A stretch of DNA of 64,000 nt from an uncultured virus (IMG/VR IMGVR_UViG_3300037961_006532). Lineage: Duplodnaviria; Heunggongvirae; Uroviricota; Caudoviricetes. Location of the stretch: the IMG/VR virus record IMGVR_UViG_3300037961_006532, positions 1 to 64,000 of that record. One strand, given 5' to 3'. The translations under genes were made by a program, and so were the position numbers. Below, one piece after another: positions 40,141 through 50,629 of the stretch. The first letter of the stretch is position 1. Each line of letters begins with the position of its first letter. The notes below the pieces were generated by a model. It was given only the letters and a program-made list of their open reading frames with translations, ran no database searches and was not told the origin of the DNA.

Positions 40141-41001
40141 TTATGTTGCAGATAATAGTAATCTAAAAGTATCTGATCCAATAGTTATAGGAATAAAAGA
40201 TATTGAATCTTTTAATGGTCCTAACTCACCGTCATCACGACCAGCAAATGATGCAGTTGGGGTGTTAAATTTCAATGTCGATGTATTTACACCTATATTA
40301 TCAAAAATAGTTTTTATTGTAGTGGCACCACCCATTACTTCACCATTACCTAGAGTCGGGCCTGCGGTTAATGCATGGATACTATCTAACGTGGTCCTTA
40401 ATCTTTGAAAACCTGGTAATTCACCTACACTATTTGGTTGAGGAAATGCAGTTAAATTATCACTTGAATTTATTACTGCACTCAATGTACCACCACCGGC
40501 TGTTAATTCATCAGTTAAAGTTGTTATATCCTCTTGAACTTGAAGTTTAGCAGCAGCTAGATCTGACTCGACCGTTACAAAATCAGATTGTAAAGCTCTC
40601 AATGCTATTTGACTGTAAATATCGTTCAATCTACCTGATAGATATTCTAAATTAGTTACAATAGGTGCCATGCCCATTACAGCTCCGTCTCTAACAGCCC
40701 CTGGGTTACCTGCAGCACTACCATCACCATCAACAAATATTGGTGTTGATGAACTAAATGGTCCTCCTACAGCAGCTGATAAGTAATCGATTCTATTTTT
40801 AGCAGATACACTATTTGATAGAGTACCTAAACCAGCGGATACAGTTAAAAAGTTTGTAGATAGTGATTTAAATTTAGTGTTGATTAAGTCGCCGTATGTT
40901 ACTTGTAATGATGCATTTAAATCAGGATCGACAATGTATAAAACATCATCATCTGATAATGTGGTAATTGAACCTAAATCTGTTAATTTTTTATTTGCCA
41001 T
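40141..41001 (-). CDS. Putative fibre/decoration protein
   Basis: N-terminus MANKKLTDL..DDVLYIVD is paralogous to the next gene; coiled-coil; LSA-rich. Confidence 0.5.
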   Translation of the reverse strand: MANKKLTDLGSITTLSDDDVLYIVDPDLNASLQVTYGDLINTKFKSLSTNFLTVSAGLGTLSNSVSAKNRIDYLSAAVGGPFSSSTPIFVDGDGSAAGNPGAVRDGAVMGMAPIVTNLEYLSGRLNDIYSQIALRALQSDFVTVESDLAAAKLQVQEDITTLTDELTAGGGTLSAVINSSDNLTAFPQPNSVGELPGFQRLRTTLDSIHALTAGPTLGNGEVMGGATTIKTIFDNIGVNTSTLKFNTPTASFAGRDDGELGPLKDSISFIPITIGSDTFRLLLSAT

Positions 41002-41002
41002 A

Positions 41003-41458
41003 TTATGTTGTTCCTATTAAAATTCCACTTACAAATGTCATAGTTGTTGTACTACCTAAATTTACTACCACTGGTGATGCTCTTGTACCTAAAGCATCAA
41101 TTGAACAAACACTACTTAAACTGTTTATTATTTGTGTTGGGAAAGCTAATGATTCTTTTGTAACATCAAATTCCCCACTCAATACATTTAACTGTGTACT
41201 TAAGAAACTTATTTCTGTATCTCTATATGCTGTTACTGCGTTGACTGCAGATGATATAGCATGAAAGTCAGTTGTTAAAGATTGAACTTCAGATATAACT
41301 GCTGGAAACTTAATAGCACCGGTACTATCAGGTCCTTTTAGTAAATTATCAAATGTAATTTTCTTTGAAAGACTGCTACCAGTATCGACGATGTAAAAGA
41401 CATCATTGGAATCTGCTTTAGTAAGCTCAGTTAAATTCGAAACTTTAGTATCTGCCAT
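41003..41458 (-). CDS. Putative fibre/decoration protein
   Basis: N-terminus MADTKVSNL..NDVFYIVD..SKKIT; TATAAATA-N5-ATG. Confidence 0.5.
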   Translation of the reverse strand: MADTKVSNLTELTKADSNDVFYIVDTGSSLSKKITFDNLLKGPDSTGAIKFPAVISEVQSLTTDFHAISSAVNAVTAYRDTEISFLSTQLNVLSGEFDVTKESLAFPTQIINSLSSVCSIDALGTRASPVVVNLGSTTTMTFVSGILIGTT

Positions 41459-41498
41459 ACTAATATTTATAGTCTTTGACTAACTTACCAACTATTAA

Positions 41499-43934
41499 TT
41501 AACCAACCAACTCACTAAAGTCTGTACCAGTCTTAGTTGCAAAGAAGTTAACTAAGATAAATTCAGCTGCTCTAGTTGGTTTCAGGTATATATCTACCTT
41601 AAGCTCATTAGCATCGATAACGTCTGGCGTATTGTTTCTTTCATCACATACAATCAAGTAATCAAATACCCCTTCTGTATTTTTAGCGTTATCAAAGATT
41701 GGTGATATTGTATTTACAACTCTCGTTCTAGTTAATAATGAATTAGGTTCAAATACAAAGAACTTAACTGTATTACGTACACCTTTCTCAAGATTTAAGA
41801 ATAATCTTCTAACGTTAATTCTATCAAATGCACTTGGTAACTTCTGTAATGTCTTCTGACCAAATATTACAAAACCTTCACCTGGGAAGAATGCTACTGG
41901 GTTAACATTAACCTTATAAAGCATATCTCTTTGCTTCTGTGTTGGGAATAATGCTAAGTCACTAGCTCCTATAACTCTACCTCTAGTAAATCCTGCTGGA
42001 GCAAACCAAGGTTGGAAGTTAGCATCCGTATTAGCCATTGCCGCTGCTGCATGTCCTGAGAATGGATTATATGCCATTGAGTCTAACACTGGATCATATC
42101 CTTTAACCCATTGGCCATACGTTGCAACGTAATTACTGTTAATAGTTCTGAATGCTTTAATAGGATTTAAAATATCCTTACTAAAGTTTTTATTAGGATC
42201 AGATAATGTTAAGAAATCTTCACCTTGTACAAATATTTGTCTTGGTAAGTCACTAATAAACATGTGATCTTTTCTTCTAAACTCTGCAAAGTTAGCAAAT
42301 CTATTAGTTACTTCATTCCAATAACCTCTGAAGTTTCTACCAGCTGTATCACCTGCTGACGAATCTGAACTTGTTTGCGAAGTTCTGAAACTATCAATTG
42401 CAGTAACTTGAGCTGTATCATCAAACCCATCAGTACCTAACTGCTTACTAGTTGCAAAAATTGTTGATAAACCTCCATCAACTGTAATATCTACATCGAA
42501 TAATTCAACGTTTTCAATAGTATCGAATAATCTATCTAATTTCTGAGGTACATTACCAATTACTTTATCACTTAAATTAGCTGTTTGGTAGGTTCCTAAT
42601 GGATAAGCATTATCTGCTGGTGTCAATTTATCATTAGCTGCTGCAATATCAGCTTTCGCAACTGATATTTGACCATCATCTAAACCATTAATTAAGCCCG
42701 CTGATAAATTAACAAATGTCGTATCAATATTACCAGATTTTAAATTCTCATTTGCAACTCTGATCTTAACTTTTGGATTACCTTCCGTATTAAGATAAGT
42801 TTCACCAAGTCTGTGATTTAAAAACTCATTAGTTAAAATCTTAACATTAGGTGATTCTGATTCTTTAGTCTCAATATTAAACGATATAGGTTGACCACCT
42901 TGTTGTGAATTAATTTGTCTATGGAAATCAAATGATCCAACATAAGATTCTTCTAGATTTACACTCAACTTAATAGTATCTGGCGTAAATGGTGATTGTC
43001 TTAATCTAAATAAACCAATTGAAAGTGTATCATCAAAGTTACGTTGACTAATATCAAATATGCTTAAGTTTTCCATTACTTCAGAAACACTATCATTATC
43101 TTGACCAAATGTATTAGTGTTATTATCTGACTTAGCTGATAACGATCCATCTATTCTTGCAGCTGGTAGATTAGTAAATGAATTTGTTTTAACAGCACTT
43201 GCTGTAATTGTTTCTACATTTCGTATGGCATCGAAATCTGTAGCAGGATTTAAATTATTATTATCAGCTATACCGACATAAAAGCCTTCAAACTTCTGAT
43301 TAATAGTTGTTTGACCTTTATTAAGAACTAGTAGAGCAGCTTTACCAAGAGCACCAACACCACTAAATGTTGTTGTCATTGTATCTTCAAAAGCAAAAGT
43401 ACCGTCTGATTCACTAGGAAATGCACCTTTAGCTAGAATCGCATCATATTGTTCTTTTGTTAAATCAAAATGTGTTGGTGCACCTAAGAAACATATACCA
43501 TTTGTAGCTGAGGTCGTACCAGTACCAGTACCAACACCAATTTCACTAAATTTTGTTAGTTCAACATCGCCTCCAATGTCATCAGCAAATGTTGCATTAT
43601 AGTTAATACCAGCTGAAGGATATGCTAAAACACCATATCTTGCCCCAAATCCTATTCCTGTACCTTCACCATAAGGTAAACGGTAAGTAAAGATATTTGC
43701 AGGTGAATCTAATAATGGTCTAATTGTTGAACTGAAATAACGTTCAGCAGGCGTGGATGCCTGACCGTAAACGTTTTCATAATCACTGACGCTAGTTATT
43801 TGAATAACTTCATCAGTAGGTCCTCTGTCAGCAAACCCTGTCACTAAGACGTTAGTTCCAGCCGGTAATACTGGACGTTGTGACCTATCTATTTCTCTTA
43901 TTTCTACTCCGGGAGATTGTATTGTACGTGCCAT
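41499..43934 (-). CDS. Tail sheath protein (gp18-like)
   Basis: SPGVEIREID, PWFAPAGFTRG, NVNPV, FGQKTL, FDRINVRRLF, CDERNNT, KPTRAAEFI. Confidence 0.95.
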   Translation of the reverse strand: MARTIQSPGVEIREIDRSQRPVLPAGTNVLVTGFADRGPTDEVIQITSVSDYENVYGQASTPAERYFSSTIRPLLDSPANIFTYRLPYGEGTGIGFGARYGVLAYPSAGINYNATFADDIGGDVELTKFSEIGVGTGTGTTSATNGICFLGAPTHFDLTKEQYDAILAKGAFPSESDGTFAFEDTMTTTFSGVGALGKAALLVLNKGQTTINQKFEGFYVGIADNNNLNPATDFDAIRNVETITASAVKTNSFTNLPAARIDGSLSAKSDNNTNTFGQDNDSVSEVMENLSIFDISQRNFDDTLSIGLFRLRQSPFTPDTIKLSVNLEESYVGSFDFHRQINSQQGGQPISFNIETKESESPNVKILTNEFLNHRLGETYLNTEGNPKVKIRVANENLKSGNIDTTFVNLSAGLINGLDDGQISVAKADIAAANDKLTPADNAYPLGTYQTANLSDKVIGNVPQKLDRLFDTIENVELFDVDITVDGGLSTIFATSKQLGTDGFDDTAQVTAIDSFRTSQTSSDSSAGDTAGRNFRGYWNEVTNRFANFAEFRRKDHMFISDLPRQIFVQGEDFLTLSDPNKNFSKDILNPIKAFRTINSNYVATYGQWVKGYDPVLDSMAYNPFSGHAAAAMANTDANFQPWFAPAGFTRGRVIGASDLALFPTQKQRDMLYKVNVNPVAFFPGEGFVIFGQKTLQKLPSAFDRINVRRLFLNLEKGVRNTVKFFVFEPNSLLTRTRVVNTISPIFDNAKNTEGVFDYLIVCDERNNTPDVIDANELKVDIYLKPTRAAEFILVNFFATKTGTDFSELVG

Positions 43935-43964
43935 ATATTATTATTTATGTATCTGAGAGAAAAT

Positions 43965-44576
43965 TTACACCAATTCAACTAGTAATTGTGAAAATGCGAA
44001 TTCGAAAGTAGTTTCGATTTCACCGGGCTCTCTATAACTATAACTAATATTACCTAAACTAACAGGAAATGCTTTAGTATACGTAAATTTAATAATATTA
44101 TTATCGAATTCATCTTTACCAAAAATAGTAAAATCTCTAGTATATAAATCGGTAGGAGTCAATGTATCTTTTTCTCTATCTTCAGGAGCTACAGTTGGTA
44201 TATTAGCTAATTCTTTCTGATTAAATTTTGAAAACTTCTCATCATTAAGAAAATCTAACCATTTGTATATAGTCCAATAATTATTAAACATGTTATCTAT
44301 AGTAAAATTGACTGAAACATTATCATATGACGGTCTTACATGAGACGATACTTTTAAGGTTTGACCAGCATATCTTAAATCGTTTTCAGGTACGGCTATA
44401 GTAGGTACCACCGTACCATAAACTGAAAACTGTAGAGATTCTCCAATTAATGAATTATTTTTTCTTCCAGCTAAATCATTTGTAGTAATTTCTTTGAGAA
44501 CATCAGGTACATCAGTAACTAAAAGAAACTTATCTAATCTACTTTTATTAAATTGTGACTGGTCTATGGTTGCCAT
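43965..44576 (-). CDS. Tail completion / tube terminator-like protein (gp3-like)
   Basis: VNFTID..NYWTIYKWL..AFPVSLGNI tube-fold pattern. Confidence 0.6.
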   Translation of the reverse strand: MATIDQSQFNKSRLDKFLLVTDVPDVLKEITTNDLAGRKNNSLIGESLQFSVYGTVVPTIAVPENDLRYAGQTLKVSSHVRPSYDNVSVNFTIDNMFNNYWTIYKWLDFLNDEKFSKFNQKELANIPTVAPEDREKDTLTPTDLYTRDFTIFGKDEFDNNIIKFTYTKAFPVSLGNISYSYREPGEIETTFEFAFSQLLVELV

Positions 44577-46249
44577 GGTTTATATCCTTGCTGTATTAAA
44601 TCGTCCATCTCAGATTCAACTTTATTAGCATTACCTATAATTGAAGGTAATACATTTCCAAAATTCTCCTTTTCATTAGAATACATTGATGTTGGATTCA
44701 TAAAGTATTTAATCCCATAATCGAATTGCGCTAATTCTAAAGGTCTATTATTAGTATCATATCTTGTTACTTCAAAATACTGACTTACCAATTCATCTAT
44801 CAATATAATAAAGTTCCACATCATAGCTGCAACTCTATCATCGTGAAATCCTCTTTTAGCTCCCCATGTACCATTTGGATACTTAATAAAGTTCTTTAAT
44901 TCTTTTACTAAATGTATATCATTTATCTGCACCGCATTTATATCATTAATCCAATATCTCATATTAGTTATACCTTTATACTTTGTATTGGTATGTGATA
45001 CTATACCGAGCTGTTGATTTTTTCTACTAGCAGTAGAAGCACCCCACGATACTATATTTTCATATTGATGGTTGTTTTTTAATCCATCTACTACTTGAGC
45101 ACCTGAATTATTTCTTTCTATACAAACTAAAGGATTACCCCAGTGTTGTAATATTTCAAATACCTTTTCAGTAAAATTATAAGGAGATATTTCATTATTA
45201 TGGTAACAAGCAACTTGATTGATATTAGTCATATCAGTATAATCAAATATCTGAATTACTGATGCATCTTTACCTAAACCTTCAGCTGTATCTACGCTTG
45301 CTATATATATACGGTCATGGGTTGGTTCATCCCATAGCAGATATTTACCTTCATCGAATATAAATTTAGGCTCTGATACTTGCATTTTTAACCTATCAAA
45401 TAAATCATCATCTATAGTACTTTCACCAGACGTTAAAAACACACAATTAAACTCTTGTTCGAAAGCATCTCTACTGCCTATTGATTTGATAGTATCATAT
45501 TTCCATTTTTCATTTCTACCTGGAATTTCATTCCATAAAATTTTATCACAAGCCCAATTTGACTCACCAGCTTCAGCTCCGGTATATAACTTATGAAACA
45601 GGTTATCTGTACCATTAGCAGTAGATGCAATGAATATTTTAGATTTTTTAGAAGATGAAATAATCGGATATACTGATTTCCAAAAATCTTCAACTAAATG
45701 AGGTTCAATAAACGCAAGCTCGTCTAGTATTAATATATTAACTGATTGTCCTCTTGCAGCGGTACCTGTAGTAGTCGATATACCTATCTTTGTACCGTTA
45801 GCAAATGTTACAGATGTCTTACCATACTCTTTTACCCCTGGTTTCAACCAATTAGGTAATTCTTCATATGCAAGTCTTACCCTATTCATAATTTCAATAG
45901 CAGTACCTTCTTTATTAGCTACTATTAATATACGTTGATCATTATTAAAGCATGCATTCCATAAAGCATAAATTGTCATCATAGTCGTTTTACCTATCTG
46001 TCTTGATGCTAGCAGTACAAAGAATCTATGATCTCTCATTTTTCTAAGTACTCGTTTTTGACAATAATGAAGTTTAATTTTTTGCTTACCTTCATCCAAT
46101 GATACAATATGAAAATAATTTTCTGCGAAATGCAATATGTTTTTTGTACTTTTTTGTATCTCCTTCACCATCTTGGGAGTGTACTCAAATTCAGCCCCGA
46201 CCGTAGGTAGATTAGGGTTATTCATATAATTTTGTTTATTTTTGGTCAT
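44564..46249 (-). CDS. Terminase large subunit (gp17-like)
   Basis: Walker A SRQIGKTT, ARGQS, Walker B LILDELAF, STANG, VDTAEG, IERN, HDDRV. Confidence 0.95.
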   Translation of the reverse strand: MTKNKQNYMNNPNLPTVGAEFEYTPKMVKEIQKSTKNILHFAENYFHIVSLDEGKQKIKLHYCQKRVLRKMRDHRFFVLLASRQIGKTTMMTIYALWNACFNNDQRILIVANKEGTAIEIMNRVRLAYEELPNWLKPGVKEYGKTSVTFANGTKIGISTTTGTAARGQSVNILILDELAFIEPHLVEDFWKSVYPIISSSKKSKIFIASTANGTDNLFHKLYTGAEAGESNWACDKILWNEIPGRNEKWKYDTIKSIGSRDAFEQEFNCVFLTSGESTIDDDLFDRLKMQVSEPKFIFDEGKYLLWDEPTHDRIYIASVDTAEGLGKDASVIQIFDYTDMTNINQVACYHNNEISPYNFTEKVFEILQHWGNPLVCIERNNSGAQVVDGLKNNHQYENIVSWGASTASRKNQQLGIVSHTNTKYKGITNMRYWINDINAVQINDIHLVKELKNFIKYPNGTWGAKRGFHDDRVAAMMWNFIILIDELVSQYFEVTRYDTNNRPLELAQFDYGIKYFMNPTSMYSNEKENFGNVLPSIIGNANKVESEMDDLIQQGYKPWQP

Positions 46250-46254
46250 AATGC

Positions 46255-46266
46255 TATAAATATTTA
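46255..46266. promoter_or_regulatory. Divergent late promoter pair
   Basis: TATAAATA-N5-ATG 46268 (+); TAAATA-N11-ATG 46249 (-); palindrome TAAATATTTA. Confidence 0.6.
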
Positions 46267-46267
46267 C

Positions 46268-47134
46268 ATGACACGTGTAAATACTCTAACCGAAATTTGG
46301 AATACATATAATGAAAATGTTATTTCTGAAAAAGCCCCTGCTATGAAAGCAGCTAAATTTGGCACTAAACCAGGAAAAGGTCCAAAAAATTTAAATGATA
46401 AAAATGCTGGTGCATTTGCTAATGATGATACATCAGGGCCTGGCAATGCAGTTGGTGTAATGGAAGAGCCTTATACAGTAGATGATCCACAAAAAGAAGG
46501 TGGAAAAGAAAAGAAATCAGTAAAAGTTGAACAATTGAATAAAAAAGTTGGAAAAAAGGTCAAGGAGTCTATAAATAATTACATGAAGTCAACATTTGAT
46601 AAATTATTTGAAAACGTAATGAGTGATGAAGAGCAAGGTGAGCTTGAAGCACTCGGAGTAGACACTGAAGAAGTTTCTGAAGAGTCTGGGGATACAATCA
46701 CAGTCACGTTAGATAAAGACATGGCTAAGCAACTTTGCGACCTATTGAAAGATGCAATGGGAGAAGAAGACGACGACGCTGCTGAAGATTATGAAGAGAT
46801 GGAAGAAGTCGATTCAGAATATGAAGAAGATGCTGAAGACGGTGAAGATCACGACGATAAGGAAGACGAAGAGGACGAAGAAGTAGCTCAAGAAGCAGTA
46901 GATGCTGAAGATCATGGGCATGCATTAGTGAATCAAAAAGATTCAGGCTTAACTTCTACTAAAAATAATAAAGTAGGTAGCTTAAAAACATCTAAGAAGA
47001 AAGCAGATGCTAAAGTTAAGAAGCAAGATGATGGCGGATCTGAATTAAGTGATGCAGGAGGACATTCTTTAACATCAACTAAAAATAATAAAGTTGGGAA
47101 TTTAAAAGTTGGCGCTGATTTATTTGGTGACTAA
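46268..47134 (+). CDS. Acidic late protein, possible prohead core/internal protein
   Basis: Start revised to MTRVNTL from the promoter motif; D/E tract; LTSTKNNKVGxLK duplicated. Confidence 0.6.
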   Translation: MTRVNTLTEIWNTYNENVISEKAPAMKAAKFGTKPGKGPKNLNDKNAGAFANDDTSGPGNAVGVMEEPYTVDDPQKEGGKEKKSVKVEQLNKKVGKKVKESINNYMKSTFDKLFENVMSDEEQGELEALGVDTEEVSEESGDTITVTLDKDMAKQLCDLLKDAMGEEDDDAAEDYEEMEEVDSEYEEDAEDGEDHDDKEDEEDEEVAQEAVDAEDHGHALVNQKDSGLTSTKNNKVGSLKTSKKKADAKVKKQDDGGSELSDAGGHSLTSTKNNKVGNLKVGADLFGD

Positions 47135-47165
47135 GATTTAAATTAGACTTCAAACAACTAAATTT

Positions 47166-47194
47166 AAGAGCTGGCTTTATGCCAGCTTTTTTTT
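47166..47194 (+). terminator. Rho-independent terminator
   Basis: AGAGCTGGC-TTTAT-GCCAGCTTT stem followed by a T run. Confidence 0.8.
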
Positions 47195-47208
47195 GCTTAA
47201 ATATTTTC

Positions 47209-47517
47209 GTGGACAGTTTTTCTAAATTTTTTACTAATCATAGACATAGACGTGGGTTTACCGACCATGATAAGCATTATCAACGTAAACATCTTAATTT
47301 AGTACCGGACTATGTTAAAGCAGATACTTCTAAGAACTCTAAAATAGAGTTGTTAAGAAAGAAAAACGGTAAACATGTATGTGGTACACCTGAATTAGAA
47401 TATATACGTAAAGAATATAATGTCGTACCTTTTAAAGGTAAAGTTAAAAAATTAGGTAGTACTGGTATTAAACTTTATTTTGACCCTCAACTTGGAAAGT
47501 TTGTGATTGAACGATGA
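47209..47517 (+). CDS. Small basic late protein (GTG start)
   Basis: TAAATA-N5-GTG in frame; the ATG at 47179 lies inside the terminator. Confidence 0.55.
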   Translation: MDSFSKFFTNHRHRRGFTDHDKHYQRKHLNLVPDYVKADTSKNSKIELLRKKNGKHVCGTPELEYIRKEYNVVPFKGKVKKLGSTGIKLYFDPQLGKFVIER

Positions 47518-48320
47518 GCTCTGGAGATTATACATGCGATTTTCCTGGAATAGTACAGAGTGATGATACTTGTTTCAGATTTACTGATAAGAGTAATGAA
47601 AATTCTGCTAATGAAAGATTATTATTTTCAAATTGGTGGAGAGAGCAAATAAACTTATATGGGGTAAAAGTAAGTTATTTCGTTAATAGATTTAATACAT
47701 TAAGTGGTGATAACTTATATGGTGAAGATCCTAATAGATCTTATGCAGACCCAGTTGATATTGTGATAGCAGTTACTTTAAATGAAGATGCTATAACTTT
47801 AAGTAGATTCGGTTTTGATAGTGATGATGCTATTACTGGTTATATACATATAAGTTCATTTGAAAGTACGTTTGAAAATTTATCATCTTTTGATTTATCA
47901 GCTTCTAATATTCATAATTATCCTGTCGAACCTAAAGCAGGTGATGTGTTTCAATTATCAGAATACGGGGATGATAGACCAGCAAATAGACAACCAAAAT
48001 ACTTTGAAGTTACAGAAAAGTTAGACCAAGACATTGCTGAAATGAATCAGTTAGGTGGTCATTATGTATTTAAAATAAAAGCTAAGAGATTAGATTATAG
48101 CTTTGAACCTAATGTACCGTTTAATAACTTAACAAGTAATATATCAGGCAATGCTCAAGTATTTGAAGGGGCGTTTGCAGGTAGAGAAACTGGAGGGGTA
48201 AATGAATCTTCTCAACCAAAACAATCAGAATATGATGCTTATGATATTAATAACATAAGTCAGAATGATGTTTTTGATATGGATAATAATAACGATGATG
48301 TGTATGGAGATTACTATTAA
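47514..48320 (+). CDS. Neck protein (gp14-like)
   Basis: EQINLYG..Y, LYGEDP, LSRFG, PKAGDVF, QLG. Confidence 0.7.
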   Translation: MSSGDYTCDFPGIVQSDDTCFRFTDKSNENSANERLLFSNWWREQINLYGVKVSYFVNRFNTLSGDNLYGEDPNRSYADPVDIVIAVTLNEDAITLSRFGFDSDDAITGYIHISSFESTFENLSSFDLSASNIHNYPVEPKAGDVFQLSEYGDDRPANRQPKYFEVTEKLDQDIAEMNQLGGHYVFKIKAKRLDYSFEPNVPFNNLTSNISGNAQVFEGAFAGRETGGVNESSQPKQSEYDAYDINNISQNDVFDMDNNNDDVYGDYY

Positions 48321-48328
48321 ATAATATT

Positions 48329-48802
48329 ATGCCTATAAAAATTGACATTTTAGAAACTAAAGAAGAATTACAAGATAATATTATCTATAATGATATTAAC
48401 CTTAATATGAAAGTAGGTAAAGTAGTAAGAAATCAATTAGGTGATAATACTAGTAATAAAGATCTTGAAACTGACGTTAACTTCAATGCTATTAAAAATT
48501 CATTAATAAATTTATTTACTACTTCTCCAGGACAAAAAATTCTTAACCCTGAATTTGGTGTCAGTTTTGGAGATTTATTATTTTTACCTGTATCAAAATT
48601 AAGAGGTCAAATTATTGGAGATGCAATAGTAGAAGGTATACAACGTAATGAAAATAGAATAACTATTATATCATTAGATATTTTAGCAGACCCTGAACAA
48701 CAACAATATGACGTCACGTTAAATTTTTCAATACCTGATTTTGGAGATAACCCTCTTCAATTAAAAGGTGCTTTAAGTAAAACCGGCTTCTATACTTTTT
48801 AA
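48329..48802 (+). CDS. Baseplate wedge subunit (gp25-like)
   Basis: AIKNSLINLFTTSPGQKILNPEFG, ENRI. Confidence 0.85.
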   Translation: MPIKIDILETKEELQDNIIYNDINLNMKVGKVVRNQLGDNTSNKDLETDVNFNAIKNSLINLFTTSPGQKILNPEFGVSFGDLLFLPVSKLRGQIIGDAIVEGIQRNENRITIISLDILADPEQQQYDVTLNFSIPDFGDNPLQLKGALSKTGFYTF

Positions 48803-48814
48803 TTAAATATTTTA

Positions 48815-50629
48815 ATGGCGACGAACAACTATACAGATTTCAGACTTACCCAAGATAGTTACGCTGCATTTGATGCGTTATCTATAAAAGAACTTATTCA
48901 AAATAGATTAGAAGACGCTGGGGTATATACAGGTCAATCTTTTGAAGGTAGTAATATGTCGTCCATTGTCGATGTTATTGCCTATTCATATCATTTATTA
49001 TTGTTTTATTTAAATCAAACTTCATCTGAAACAATGTTTACTGATACTAACATATATGAAAATATGAATAGAATAGTAAAACTTATTGATTATAAACCTA
49101 AAGGTTACCAAACTTCATTACTATCTTATAGTGCCACGGCGACTGAAAACTTACCGATTAATACATATACCATTCCTAGATATAGTTATTTAAATGCTAA
49201 TGGTGTAGTATATTCATTCATAAATGATGCTACTTTTATTAAATCAAAAGCTGAAGCCGAAACTTTAATTGATTTTTCTGAAGAGAATTTATTAAGAGAA
49301 GGTATATATAAAGAATACCCAATACAAAATGCGTTAGGGGAAGATTTCGAAGTTGTAACATTAGCGTTAAAAGATCCAGTAACTAGTGAACCATTAAATA
49401 TAGATTTAGATTCAATAGACGTCTTTGTTAGAAATGTAGATACAAGCGCTATTGAAAAATATGAATTAACAAATAATATATTTTTAGAATCACCTGGTGT
49501 AAAAAAATATGAAAAACGTTTAAACGAAAATGAATTATATGAACTTAAGTTTGGTAATGGTGTATTTGGTAATAAATTAAACCCTAATGATTCAATTATA
49601 ATTTATTATATTGAAAGTTCTGGAAGACCTGGTAAAGTTTCAGCTAAAGCATTAGATGGTGAAAAATTAAATCTATACAACACTCCTCAGTTTACTTTAA
49701 TAAAAAGCTTTATATACGGGCCTAATTTTAATTTAATAACTCCATCAGAAACTCAATTTATTAACTTTACTAACGAAATAGATTCTACTAACCCAATTGA
49801 AAGTGAAGATGTTGATAGTATTAGAGAAAATGCTGCTAAAAACTTTCAATTACAAAATAGATTAGTTACTAAACAAGATTTTTTAAATCATTTAAGAATA
49901 AATTTTTCTTCGATACTTAAAAGTTTTTCAGTTGCTGATAATAATCAATATGTTAAAGAATATTTAAAATATTTTTATGATATAGGATTAAACAAACCTA
50001 ATGATGATTCTAGATTGCTTTTTAATCAAGTTAATTTTTCTACTATAAATCAAGTTAACAACATTTATATGTTTTTAGTACCAGAATTTAGAAATGTAGA
50101 TGAAAACAATAATTTATCTTTCTTAAATTCAGCTCAAAAAACAGCTATTATAAATTCAACAGAAGAAAAAAGATTATTTAATATGAATGTTGTTCCTATG
50201 GATGCAGTTTACACAGCATTTACATTAGGTGTATTAGGAAATGATGATATAGTTAAAGAAGAGTATGAAAAATCTCAATTAGTAATTAAAAGAGATATTT
50301 TAAGCAATTTAAGTGAAAATAATTTAAAAGAACAAGTTAATAATATTTTTATAAATTACTTTAACACTGCTGAAGTAGGTCAAATAATAAGTTTAGATAG
50401 TTTAAAAAATAGCATTTTATCTTTAAATGGGGTAAAGGGTATTGCTACAAGAAGAACAGTAGGTGAAGTAGATTATGAAGTTCCAAATATTAGTTTATTA
50501 GCTTATAATCCTATTTACCCTGAAAATGATATTAAAGTTATAACTGAAGATTTACAACTACCGTTCTTTAAATTTCCTTACTTACAAGATAAGAGTATTT
50601 TACAAAACATAGTAGTTGAAAATGTCTAA
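48815..50629 (+). CDS. Baseplate wedge subunit (gp6-like)
   Basis: FEGSNMS..DVIAY, LKFGNGVFG, E..DSIRENA, QNRLVTKQD. Confidence 0.85.
   Translation: MATNNYTDFRLTQDSYAAFDALSIKELIQNRLEDAGVYTGQSFEGSNMSSIVDVIAYSYHLLLFYLNQTSSETMFTDTNIYENMNRIVKLIDYKPKGYQTSLLSYSATATENLPINTYTIPRYSYLNANGVVYSFINDATFIKSKAEAETLIDFSEENLLREGIYKEYPIQNALGEDFEVVTLALKDPVTSEPLNIDLDSIDVFVRNVDTSAIEKYELTNNIFLESPGVKKYEKRLNENELYELKFGNGVFGNKLNPNDSIIIYYIESSGRPGKVSAKALDGEKLNLYNTPQFTLIKSFIYGPNFNLITPSETQFINFTNEIDSTNPIESEDVDSIRENAAKNFQLQNRLVTKQDFLNHLRINFSSILKSFSVADNNQYVKEYLKYFYDIGLNKPNDDSRLLFNQVNFSTINQVNNIYMFLVPEFRNVDENNNLSFLNSAQKTAIINSTEEKRLFNMNVVPMDAVYTAFTLGVLGNDDIVKEEYEKSQLVIKRDILSNLSENNLKEQVNNIFINYFNTAEVGQIISLDSLKNSILSLNGVKGIATRRTVGEVDYEVPNISLLAYNPIYPENDIKVITEDLQLPFFKFPYLQDKSILQNIVVENV

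Noticed and set aside
3844..47208. ORF-track starts at 3844, 5312, 6411, 9130, 14841, 29228, 30163, 46232 and 47179
   Set aside because: Alternative starts (downstream, or 29206 upstream for dUTPase) fit catalytic N-termini, gene overlaps or promoter spacing better
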